DNA from: Candidatus Saccharimonadota bacterium
GTDB taxonomy: Archaea > Nanohalarchaeota > Nanosalinia > Nanosalinales > Nanosalinaceae
DNA: 32,000 bases
Direction: 5' to 3'
Assembly (NCBI RefSeq): GCF_029232205.1
Contig: NZ_CP107255.1
Coordinates: 960,001-992,000 of the forward strand
Shown here: in pieces, positions 1 to 8,311 of the stretch
How positions within the stretch are numbered: the stretch's first letter is position 1
Layout of the letters: every line of letters begins with the position of its first letter
Position numbers and translations under genes: made by a program
The notes under the pieces: generated by a model
Told to the model about the DNA's origin: nothing
Seen by the model: the letters and a program-made list of their open reading frames with translations, nothing else
Database searches by the model: none

Positions 1-24
1 ATAATTGATACTTACGAAGAATCT

Positions 25-783
25 TTGGACGAATTCTTTGACCCTGTAGAAGGATGGCTGGAAGAAGAGTTCGAAGACCATTCAGAGGACGAACTAGGAT
101 GGAAGGCAGAAGGCATCTCTCAAATAGCTACTGAGGCAGAAGCGGTTGCAGACGAATATGAAAGAGAGATTGATTTGGCTCTTTCAAACCTTCCGGAGAA
201 AGAAAGAGAAAGAATAGTTGAAAGACACGACTTTGAGTATGAAGACCCTAACACTCGCGACAACTGGGGCTATGGATTCCTGAACCTGGTTTACGACATA
301 GGCTCTTTCGCAAGGACGAAGATAACAGGTAGAGACAGCCACAGATACGAAGACAGTTCAGGAAATGCTAAGGCTCTTCCACAGGATGAAGAGTTCTCCA
401 GGAGAGCATTCATTGGAATGGGTAAAGAAGCATTAGCTGTAGGAGCTCTTGGAGCCCTGGGATATGCAGCTTCAGAGGAATGGGAAGAACATACTTCCGG
501 TAACGGTGGAGGCGGAGGCCAGCAGCCACCACAGAATGGCAGAGTTACTCTTTCTGTAGGAGAGACATACAATCTATCGGAAGTTGAGCCATGTGCAGCA
601 GACTACCAGATGGAGCAGACCAGAAACTTCCTGAATGATAGAGGCCTTTCTGAGGACGACGTGAGAGTTGAACTTACAAACAATGGAGAAATTGAGGTGC
701 TGGGAGAGACTGGAAACGGCAATTATGACGAGACGTTGTACATTACAGATTCCGTCGCTCAGTGGACCTGCGACCTGGAATAA
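25..783 (+). CDS. Hypothetical very acidic protein: about 124-aa acidic N-terminal region, internal SRRAFIG twin-arginine-like motif plus hydrophobic segment, Gly/Gln/Pro linker, small C-terminal domain with two Cys. May start upstream of the window.
   Basis: ORF-track frame 1 is open from base 1, and the first listed start is TTG at 25. The motif EEFSRRAFIGMGKEALAVGALGALGYAAS starts at nt 397. No ATG, GTG or TTG lies in frame in the roughly 30 codons I read directly before it. Confidence 0.5.
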   Translation: MDEFFDPVEGWLEEEFEDHSEDELGWKAEGISQIATEAEAVADEYEREIDLALSNLPEKERERIVERHDFEYEDPNTRDNWGYGFLNLVYDIGSFARTKITGRDSHRYEDSSGNAKALPQDEEFSRRAFIGMGKEALAVGALGALGYAASEEWEEHTSGNGGGGGQQPPQNGRVTLSVGETYNLSEVEPCAADYQMEQTRNFLNDRGLSEDDVRVELTNNGEIEVLGETGNGNYDETLYITDSVAQWTCDLE

Positions 784-820
784 CGGACTTTATCCGAAAT
801 TTTCTCGGCCCTGCCGTCAA

Positions 821-828
821 TTATAAAA
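821..828 (+). promoter_or_regulatory. TATA-box-like element (TTATAAAA) upstream of the large surface-protein gene
   Basis: AT-rich octamer about 40 nt upstream of the ATG at 868, in the 84-nt gap after the previous stop codon. Confidence 0.4.
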
Positions 829-867
829 GAGTTGTTATCACTATTGAGTAACAGGTGCGTTGTTTTC

Positions 868-3800
868 ATGAAAACAAGACTAAACAAAACACTGATATTC
901 GCAATTTTTGCCCTGCTGGCAATTTCAACAGCAACAGCTACAGTTTCAAGAGTTGAAATCGATCCTCTGGCATCTTACTACGATCAAGGAACTTCTATTA
1001 CCGTTACAGGCGAGGTCTATGGTACAAGCATAGACAAAGTTACGCTGCAGAGAGAAACCAGCTATGGAGGGTCCACAACAGAAGGAACCGATAGCAACCT
1101 AGGATACTGTGACTCCGGATGTAAAGTAGAGATCCCATATACTTTTGAGGAGACCGGCAGTCAGACACTTTACCTGAGAGCTTTCTCTGGAGATCAGCAG
1201 ACAGACAAGGAAAGCTGGAACACGGAGAAAGTTACAGTAGTTCAGCCAGACGATGAAACCAAGAGCTTCGATCTGAGAAACGTTGGAGCATCAAAATACA
1301 GGCTTGATAGAGACCAGTCTACAACACTGAACGCAGAAGTTGAGAACACAGGAGATGTAGGTTCAAGCGTTCTTATGACCTGGTACGCTGAAAGAAACAA
1401 TAACGAAATAGAGCTGGCTAGCAAGTACAGATACATTTCGCCAGGAGACACAAAGTCTTTCGAGACCGACAGAATTTCATGGAACAATCTGGAAAGAAAA
1501 GGCCTGAACCAGGATAGAAACTACGACCTGATAGGCAAGATGAGAGTAGATAACACAGTAAAAGAGACAGAAACTGCTCCAAACAGTCTAAGAATTAATT
1601 CTGAAGATACAGAGGCCTCTCTAACGGTTAATGTTGAGGACACAGATGGAGATTCGCTGAGCTATTCGCAAGTCTCTGTAGATGGAACAGTCAAAAACAC
1701 AGGAAGAGATGGCAGCACCACATTCAGCCTTGAGAGCGGAGGCTACGAGGTTACCGCCAGCAAGAATAATTACATTAGCGAGGATAGAGGAATCTACCTG
1801 GCTCCTGGAGAGGACGAAACAATAACCATCCAGCTTGACAGAGAAAGAGAACAGGCCAGACTCACAGTACATACAGGAGAAATAAACAGAGACGGGCCTA
1901 CAGACGTAATAGTGCATGTTGACGGACAAAGCAGGAGTACAGGCGACGACGATAGAGTAACTTTCAGGCTTGATCCTGATACTTACACAGTCTCGGCTTC
2001 AGCAAATGGAGAGTATGCTGCAAAGGACGTCACATTGAGTAATGGAGAAAGAGAGACTATCCATCTAGGCCTTCCGAGAGATGGCGGTGATGGAGACGAT
2101 GATGCAAGACTGAATATCAGGACGCGCGATCAGGATGGAGACAGGTTGCGCTATGTTGATGTCTCAGTAGATGGCAGAACCGTTAACACAGGAAGTTCGA
2201 GTAGCGCAAGCTTCAGTCTTGAGAGCGGAGGCTACGAGGTTACCGCCAGCAAGTCAGGATATAGAGATGCTTCAAAGGGCGTATATCTAGCGCCTGGAGA
2301 AGAACAGACAGAAACACTGTACCTTGAGAGAAGGAGCTCAGATAGAGAGGATTGCGATCTTTCAGTCTCAAGAGTAGATATCTCCGACAATACTATTGCT
2401 AAAGGAGAGTCTACAGACGTTAGACTGACAATTGATTCGGGAGATGTCGAGCAAGACTTCAGAGTACTCATAGAGACAGAAGAAGAAACCTATTATGACA
2501 AGAGAATTACTGTAGATGGAGAGAGAACAATCAAGAAAACTATCTCCCCGGAAAGCCCTGTGAAAGTTCATACAAGAACAGAGGCCGTCGGAGCTCCTTG
2601 TGGTTACGAGGAGTGGACAAGCAGTGGAGAAATCCTTGTAGCAGATATTTACGATGACAAAGACCGCTACGACCTCACAGTTGATGTAGAGGATGAAGAT
2701 GGAGACAACATCGAGAACGCAGAAGTAAGAGTTACCAACGGCGAGGAACAGGAAGACGATACAAACAGCAATGGAAGGGCCTACTTCAGCCTTGAAAACG
2801 GAAACTACGACTTAGAAGTGTCCAAAAATGGTTACGAAGACTTTGAGAAAAGTTTCAGCATCAACAACGCAGACAGAAGAATAGACGTGACTCTTGTAGA
2901 TGAAGACGACGATGACAGCGATGATGGAGAAGGAGAGTTCACTGCAAGAGTAATCGATCAGGATCACGACAGACTTGAAGACGCAAGAGTAAGAGTTGAA
3001 GGCCTTGACAGCAGTTACAGAAGAACTCAGTGGACTGACGACGATGGAGAGACAACATTCGATCTTGATGAAGGAGACTACGAGGTAACGGCCTACAAGC
3101 CAGGATACAGTTCACAGACTAGAGATATCGAGATTGATGAAGGAGATGACTTCACTAGAGGTTTCCAGCTGTTCAAAGATGAGAACCTGGAAATCAGCAA
3201 CGTCAACTATCCTGACAGCGTCTGCAGAGGAGCAAGCATGTCAGTATCATTCACAGTCAGAAACACTGGAAACTCGAGAGAAGTAGTCGATATCAGCGGT
3301 TCAGGCCTTGGATCAGACCCAAGCGGCAGATCCATAGTGCTTGACGCTGGAAAATCCAGAAGAGCATCTGTAATGTTCACAGGTGTGGAGGGAAGTGGAT
3401 CAGAAAGCTTTACAGTCGATGCGTACTCCAATGGGGAGACAGTATCGGCTACTAGAACAGTGAACGTCCAGAGCTGTGGAGTAAGCAACTTTGGACAGGC
3501 CAGAGATATATCCATGACTTTGAACCCTGACAGAACTCTTTCAGGTCAGCCAGTACAGGTTAAGGGATATGTCGACGGTGGAACAGGCCGTCAGGAAGTA
3601 GAGATCAATGTTGACGGTGAGAGAGTTGCGAGAGTAAGCACTCAGCCTGATGGATACTACCAGACATACATCAGAGTAAGTCAGGTAGGAACTCACTCTG
3701 TTTCAGCAGAGGCCGACGGCATCAGTGCGACAAGAGATCTTGAGGTGCTGCCTACAGTTTCAGCAACAATGATTAACCCTCCAAGACAGGTATTTGAGGG

Positions 3801-4374
3801 AGAAGAGTTCGAACTGTGTGCAGAGATCAGTTCGCAGATTACTCCAAGAGTTGTGCTGTTGAGAGATGGCGAGGTAATCCAGACAAGAGATGCGGGCGGA
3901 GAAGTATGTTTCACCCCTACAGCATCTGATCCTGGAGAGCACGAGTACATGATCCGTGCAGTAACTTACGGCCAGGGAACAGCAGCAACTGCAAAAGTCA
4001 ACGTGCTTGAGACAGGGCCGGAGACCACAAGCTTCCCAGAGAACCTGGCAGCTGTAGAATCAGAGTCCGGACTGGTCAAGGCAGAGATCTACAACACTCA
4101 CAACGAGATCAAGAGGTACCATGTCAGCCTTGAAGGCCTTCCAGATGACTGGGTGTCAACTTCGGAGAAGGAAGTAGTACTGACTCAGGGAGAGAGAAAG
4201 ACAGTCTACTTCTATATCATGCCGAAGGATGAAGGCAACTACGGCGGAGATGTAGTGATTGAGTCCGACGGATCTGAAATTTACAGAGAGAATGTAACGA
4301 TCTGGTCCGGTGGAACGACAGAAAAAGCCGATAAAACCTGGTTTAGCAAAATCAAGGGCTTCTGGCCCTTTTAG
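868..4374 (+). CDS. Large secreted multi-domain surface protein (about 1168 aa) with a Sec-type signal peptide, CARDB/NEW3-like and Ig-like beta-sandwich domains, and five PEGA/carboxypeptidase-regulatory-like modules
   Basis: ORF 832..4374. The ATG at 868 gives MKTRLNKTLIFAIFALLAISTATA, a typical signal peptide. NTG-type motifs recur (ENTGDVGSS, VRNTGNSREV). Five modules have the form D-DGD-L...V.V....T...G...F.LE.G.YEVTASK.GY. The C-terminal domain has the pattern L.GLPDDW...E..V.L..GE.KTVYFYI.P. Confidence 0.85.
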   Translation: MKTRLNKTLIFAIFALLAISTATATVSRVEIDPLASYYDQGTSITVTGEVYGTSIDKVTLQRETSYGGSTTEGTDSNLGYCDSGCKVEIPYTFEETGSQTLYLRAFSGDQQTDKESWNTEKVTVVQPDDETKSFDLRNVGASKYRLDRDQSTTLNAEVENTGDVGSSVLMTWYAERNNNEIELASKYRYISPGDTKSFETDRISWNNLERKGLNQDRNYDLIGKMRVDNTVKETETAPNSLRINSEDTEASLTVNVEDTDGDSLSYSQVSVDGTVKNTGRDGSTTFSLESGGYEVTASKNNYISEDRGIYLAPGEDETITIQLDREREQARLTVHTGEINRDGPTDVIVHVDGQSRSTGDDDRVTFRLDPDTYTVSASANGEYAAKDVTLSNGERETIHLGLPRDGGDGDDDARLNIRTRDQDGDRLRYVDVSVDGRTVNTGSSSSASFSLESGGYEVTASKSGYRDASKGVYLAPGEEQTETLYLERRSSDREDCDLSVSRVDISDNTIAKGESTDVRLTIDSGDVEQDFRVLIETEEETYYDKRITVDGERTIKKTISPESPVKVHTRTEAVGAPCGYEEWTSSGEILVADIYDDKDRYDLTVDVEDEDGDNIENAEVRVTNGEEQEDDTNSNGRAYFSLENGNYDLEVSKNGYEDFEKSFSINNADRRIDVTLVDEDDDDSDDGEGEFTARVIDQDHDRLEDARVRVEGLDSSYRRTQWTDDDGETTFDLDEGDYEVTAYKPGYSSQTRDIEIDEGDDFTRGFQLFKDENLEISNVNYPDSVCRGASMSVSFTVRNTGNSREVVDISGSGLGSDPSGRSIVLDAGKSRRASVMFTGVEGSGSESFTVDAYSNGETVSATRTVNVQSCGVSNFGQARDISMTLNPDRTLSGQPVQVKGYVDGGTGRQEVEINVDGERVARVSTQPDGYYQTYIRVSQVGTHSVSAEADGISATRDLEVLPTVSATMINPPRQVFEGEEFELCAEISSQITPRVVLLRDGEVIQTRDAGGEVCFTPTASDPGEHEYMIRAVTYGQGTAATAKVNVLETGPETTSFPENLAAVESESGLVKAEIYNTHNEIKRYHVSLEGLPDDWVSTSEKEVVLTQGERKTVYFYIMPKDEGNYGGDVVIESDGSEIYRENVTIWSGGTTEKADKTWFSKIKGFWPF
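1723..1764 (+). repeat. Copy 1 of a 42-nt near-identical island (1 mismatch) inside diverged protein-domain repeats
   Basis: ttcagCcttgagagcggaggctacgaggttaccgccagcaag, encoding FSLESGGYEVTASK. Confidence 0.9.
2212..2253 (+). repeat. Copy 2 of the 42-nt near-identical island
   Basis: ttcagTcttgagagcggaggctacgaggttaccgccagcaag. The flanking codons of the two modules differ at many synonymous and non-synonymous sites. Confidence 0.9.
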
Positions 4375-4375
4375 A

Positions 4376-4381
4376 TTTTTT
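4376..4381 (+). terminator. Oligo-T tract (T6) directly after the stop codon, a candidate archaeal terminator
   Basis: tag-attttttatt immediately 3' of the stop at 4372-4374. Confidence 0.45.
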
Positions 4382-4422
4382 ATTAGTACTTAGTCGTTAG
4401 TTTCTTTTGTTACTACCGACTA

Positions 4423-4432
4423 ATATATAAAA
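4423..4432 (+). promoter_or_regulatory. TATA-like element (ATATATAAAA), followed by an AGGTGA Shine-Dalgarno at 4455-4460
   Basis: AT-rich box about 40 nt upstream of the ATG at 4469. AGGTGA lies 8 nt upstream of that ATG. Confidence 0.4.
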
Positions 4433-4468
4433 TTTAAACCGAGGTGTTATTAACAGGTGACACTTTCA

Positions 4469-6202
4469 ATGCGAAGTCTTGGAAAAATACTATTTGCAAC
4501 CCTACTAATTTTAACATCATTAACAACAGTGGCCGCTAGCCCGGCTGATTTGACAATTTTCCCAAAGGAGGCAACTGCTCCAATAGACAGTTATGCTTCC
4601 TATCAGGTAGAGATTGAGAACACTGGTCCTGTGAAGGATCATTACAGTATTCTGACCAAGACTTCTGAAGTCACAGCTCAGCCTTCAAGTTTCTATCTTG
4701 ACTCAGGAGAGACCAAGACAATCTATGTTTGGTACGATCCCGAGGTCACCAAGGATGCCGGAAGATATTCTTTCGACGTAACTGCTCAGTCCCGTGCAAC
4801 CAACAAACAGTATTCTGTAACAGGTATAGCTAATGTTGTCAAGGAGCACGAAGTTGAACTGAGAATTGCAGATTCCAAGACTGTTTGTAGAGGAGAGAAC
4901 GCAAACTACCAGGTAGAAGTCGAAAACACAGGAATTCAGCCTGAAACATTTGAAATCACCACAGATTACGGACAGCTTTCAAGAAGCCAGGTTACACTGG
5001 AAGAAGGAGAGACACAGACAATTACACTGACTGCAAACTCCGAAGAAGCAGTTGAACAATCTTTCAACGTAGTTGCAGCGTCTACCACAAGCTACGCACA
5101 GCAGATTGAAAGAGTCAACTTCAAGTCCGAAACCTGCTACGGCTCATCAGTATCTATTACTCCTGAAAACCAGGAAGTAGCAGCATTCAACACAGCAACA
5201 TACGATATCACAGTAATGAACCAGGGAACCAAGACCGACACATTCAACATTCAGGCAAGCGAAGGAGAACTCTCCAACTCAGCGGTAAGAGTAAACGGAG
5301 AATCAAGCCAGACAGTCACACTATCAGTAACCCCTGAAGAGCTAGGAGAAAAAACAATTACGGTAACAGCATCAGGAGCAAGCACAGCTGAGAGGACAGC
5401 AAACCTCAACGTCGTCAACGGAAACGACGTAGAAGTAGCATTCAACCAGGCAAGCAAGAACGTCTGTGAAGACAGCAGATTCACCTACGAAGCAGAAATA
5501 ACAAACACAGGTGCAGCAACAGACACATACGATCTCTCCACAACACAGGGAGACGTGTCAACAAACTCAGTTGAACTAGCCCCAGAGGAATCAACAACAG
5601 TAGACATCTCATTTAACGCAACAGACTACTCGGAAGGAGCACAGGAAAGCTTCACAATGACAGCTTCCTCAACAACATTCGATGAACCTTCCAAATCAGT
5701 AACAGGAGACTTCAAAGTCCACAACTGCTGGGACCTCAGCATGAACGTAGTACCAGAAGTCAAGAGCGCAGGAGAGAACTCAAGCACAGTCTACGAAATC
5801 AGCCTGAACAACACAGGAACACAGGAGAACACATACAGACTGACATACGAAGGCCCAGCCTGGATCGACATCAAACCAGAATCAGTCACAGTACCAGCTG
5901 GACAATCAGAAACAGCCTACATCTACGCAAGCATCCCATTCCAGAAGAAGGGAGAAGTACAGATCACAGCAACAGCAGTAGGAAATCAGGTACAGGAATC
6001 AGAGACAGTCAAACTCCTCATAGGAAAAGACATTGAGGACGCAATCAAGAGCGATCAGGGAGGAGACAGCCTAACAGGATCCTTCGCAAACAGTGCATCC
6101 AACCTGGCCAACTCAATCCAGCAATCAGACTCGCTAGTCAAGCTACTAGTATCACTAGTAGTATCAGCAGCAATCGTAGCATTCATCCTCTACAGAGGAT
6201 GA
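4469..6202 (+). CDS. Secreted, C-terminally membrane-anchored surface protein with about five tandem NEW3/CARDB-like beta-sandwich domains. Candidate envelope or S-layer-like protein.
   Basis: ORF 4457..6202 has a GTG start, but the ATG at 4469 with an AGGTGA SD is more likely. Signal peptide MRSLGKILFATLLILTSLTTVAA. Recurring motifs: EIENTGPVKDHY, VENTGIQPETFEI, VMNQGTKTDTFNI, ITNTGAATDTYDL, LNNTGTQENTYRL. C-terminal TM LVKLLVSLVVSAAIVAFILYRG. Confidence 0.85.
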   Translation: MRSLGKILFATLLILTSLTTVAASPADLTIFPKEATAPIDSYASYQVEIENTGPVKDHYSILTKTSEVTAQPSSFYLDSGETKTIYVWYDPEVTKDAGRYSFDVTAQSRATNKQYSVTGIANVVKEHEVELRIADSKTVCRGENANYQVEVENTGIQPETFEITTDYGQLSRSQVTLEEGETQTITLTANSEEAVEQSFNVVAASTTSYAQQIERVNFKSETCYGSSVSITPENQEVAAFNTATYDITVMNQGTKTDTFNIQASEGELSNSAVRVNGESSQTVTLSVTPEELGEKTITVTASGASTAERTANLNVVNGNDVEVAFNQASKNVCEDSRFTYEAEITNTGAATDTYDLSTTQGDVSTNSVELAPEESTTVDISFNATDYSEGAQESFTMTASSTTFDEPSKSVTGDFKVHNCWDLSMNVVPEVKSAGENSSTVYEISLNNTGTQENTYRLTYEGPAWIDIKPESVTVPAGQSETAYIYASIPFQKKGEVQITATAVGNQVQESETVKLLIGKDIEDAIKSDQGGDSLTGSFANSASNLANSIQQSDSLVKLLVSLVVSAAIVAFILYRG

Positions 6203-6207
6203 TCTCC

Positions 6208-6213
6208 TTTTTT
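6208..6213 (+). terminator. Oligo-T tract (T6) after the stop codon
   Basis: tga-tctcc-tttttt-ccc, 5 nt after the stop at 6200-6202. Confidence 0.45.
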
Positions 6214-6280
6214 CCCTCATATTCTCTTTTCATTTACTCAATCTACCAAGAATTTTTCCCTCTAAATCCCAAATCTACCA

Positions 6281-6301
6281 GAAATCTGCCAACCAGATTT
6301 C
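6281..6301. other. Perfect 8-bp inverted repeat with a 5-nt loop in the convergent spacer
   Basis: gaaatctg-ccaac-cagatttc. It is preceded by the direct repeat atctaccaagaa / atctaccagaa. Confidence 0.6.
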
Positions 6302-6536
6302 AAATGGGCCACTGCAAGAAACAATAACCATGCCAAATTCTCAGTTCTCTATCCCTCACCATCATACTAACTGCACTCAGCAGCAGCTATCATAGAATCA
6401 TGCTATTGATCAGGAGATCAGCAGAATATTTTCAGAAGAGGCCTTCTCAGAGAGTGATTTAGTGAAATAACATGTCTAGAATGTCAGATTATATAGAGGT
6501 TATAGAAATAGAAAAGTAGGGAAAATGTGTAGGCCT

Positions 6537-7493
6537 TTATGGGCCTGTTTTGAGTGTGATCTGTGTGTTGTCCTGTAGCCTGTATCCGTAGTCTGCTGTG
6601 ACTGTGATTGTTGCTGTCTTGCTGCCTTCGCTTGTGGATACGTAGTTGGAAGTCATGTCGATACAGGTTGATGGGTTGCTTCCGATGAGTTCTTTCTCTA
6701 CTGTTGTTGACTTGTCTGCATCGGCTCCGAATCCTAGGAAGCTGCTTGATGTCTCAACTGTGAGGTTGATTGTGTTTGTGATATCGTCGCTCACTCCTCT
6801 GTATGCCGCGCCGTTTACCTTGGATTCTTCATACAGGAATGGAGTTCCTGAACCTGAGTTCTCAATTGTTATACATAGCGGCTGTGTCTTGCTGGATCCT
6901 CCGCTTTCTGCTGTGAAGAGTACTGGCGAGCTGGCCTGTACTCCCATCTGAACTGGGCCTCCCGTGTTGTCGATTGATGGCGTTGATCTTGTTGGCTGGC
7001 CTTCTACGGAGTTGGTGTTTACCATTTTCATCTGTGTTACGGCCTGTGTCTGATACTTGTAGAACAGGTTGGCGCTGAAGTCGTATGGGATTGGGACTTC
7101 ATTGTTCTTGTTTGGTGCAGTTACCTGCCACTGGATTGTGCGTGTTAGCGCATTCTGTCCTGCATCAGGGTCTGGGCCTCTGAGAGTTTCGAATGCATCC
7201 TTCCACTGGCCTCCTGATACGCTCCAGAGTCCGCTGTCGCTTCCGAATTCTGGGTTCGTTAGCTTGGCCTGGACGTTTTCTGCGTCAACTCCTCCCTTGT
7301 TTTTGATATTCATTTGTAGGGTGGCTGGCTGTCCGCCGGATAGAGTTGCAGGTGTGGCCTGATAGCTTTCTATCTGGACACCATCCGTCTGGCTTATACT
7401 TACTGAGGTATTTTGAGAATTGTCAGTACAACCTGAAACCACTACAATCATGGCTAGGAGTACTAGGCCGAACTTACGGTCTGGAGTATTCAT
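6537..7493 (-). CDS. Exported lipobox protein, paralog 3 of 3 (318 aa), two beta-rich domains, unknown function
   Basis: N-terminus MNTPDRKFGLVLLAMIVVVSGC (lipobox-like VSGC) followed by a polar linker. The start ATG overlaps the upstream stop (TAATG). It shares its architecture with the two upstream genes. Confidence 0.8.
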   Translation of the reverse strand: MNTPDRKFGLVLLAMIVVVSGCTDNSQNTSVSISQTDGVQIESYQATPATLSGGQPATLQMNIKNKGGVDAENVQAKLTNPEFGSDSGLWSVSGGQWKDAFETLRGPDPDAGQNALTRTIQWQVTAPNKNNEVPIPYDFSANLFYKYQTQAVTQMKMVNTNSVEGQPTRSTPSIDNTGGPVQMGVQASSPVLFTAESGGSSKTQPLCITIENSGSGTPFLYEESKVNGAAYRGVSDDITNTINLTVETSSSFLGFGADADKSTTVEKELIGSNPSTCIDMTSNYVSTSEGSKTATITVTADYGYRLQDNTQITLKTGP

Positions 7494-8311
7494 TAGTTAT
7501 TCACGATGTTTATGTTGAGTTTTGGATCTTTCGCGTATTTATAATATGTGGAGAAATAGATGTTTCTCGTCGTTGTTTCGTCTCTATCGACGTCTGCAAG
7601 GCAGGAGAATTCAAGTTTCTCTCCAACTACAGGTTCATCTTCGCTTGGACAGTCTTCGAATACCTGTGGACTTTTAGGGAAGTATTCAAATCTATATGGA
7701 GAAGTTACTCGCCCATCTCCAATAGATTCGACAGAGAAATCTACCTGTCTTCCATTAAGCGTGGACGGGGCCTCAACAGCCATGGTTCCTCTGGCCTCTC
7801 CATTTGAGAAAGTCTTGGTAACTTTTCTGGTACTGTTAATCTGCTGGAATGGCTTGAAAGTTAGTTTAAGAGGATCTACAATCGTTAGGCTAGAATTGTA
7901 CTGCAGGTAAAAGTTCATGGACTGTGGCTTCTGCTCAACATCTAACTGAACGCTATCAGGCACCCTTACATTCCATGTGCATTCCATTTCAGGCTTAATA
8001 TCCTGTTGAGCTGGCTTTATTGTATCAGGACTGCAGGATCTATCTGTTACCTCCAGCAAACCAGTGTTGATGAATGTCTTATCTGTTATAGTTACGTCCT
8101 CTGTATGGTAGTTCTTCAAAGTTACAAGGATTGTTGCCTGTTGACCAGGCCTTAGAGTATTGTCGCTTACACGAAGTTCTGTAACTTCAAGGCCTTTTCC
8201 AGGAGCCTGAGTTTCTGTACCAGGTTCTGTAGTATTTCCTCCGTTTAGATCTGCGCAGCCTGATACTGCTACAGTTAATGCTATCAGAATTGCTATTCTA
8301 GTTGTTTCCAC
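7493..8311 (-). CDS. Exported lipobox protein, paralog 2 of 3 (272 aa), unknown function
   Basis: GTG start at 8311, preceded by GAGGTGAA (8317-8324). N-terminus METTRIAILIALTVAVSGC. Overlaps the upstream gene by 14 nt. Confidence 0.8.
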   Translation of the reverse strand: METTRIAILIALTVAVSGCADLNGGNTTEPGTETQAPGKGLEVTELRVSDNTLRPGQQATILVTLKNYHTEDVTITDKTFINTGLLEVTDRSCSPDTIKPAQQDIKPEMECTWNVRVPDSVQLDVEQKPQSMNFYLQYNSSLTIVDPLKLTFKPFQQINSTRKVTKTFSNGEARGTMAVEAPSTLNGRQVDFSVESIGDGRVTSPYRFEYFPKSPQVFEDCPSEDEPVVGEKLEFSCLADVDRDETTTRNIYFSTYYKYAKDPKLNINIVNN

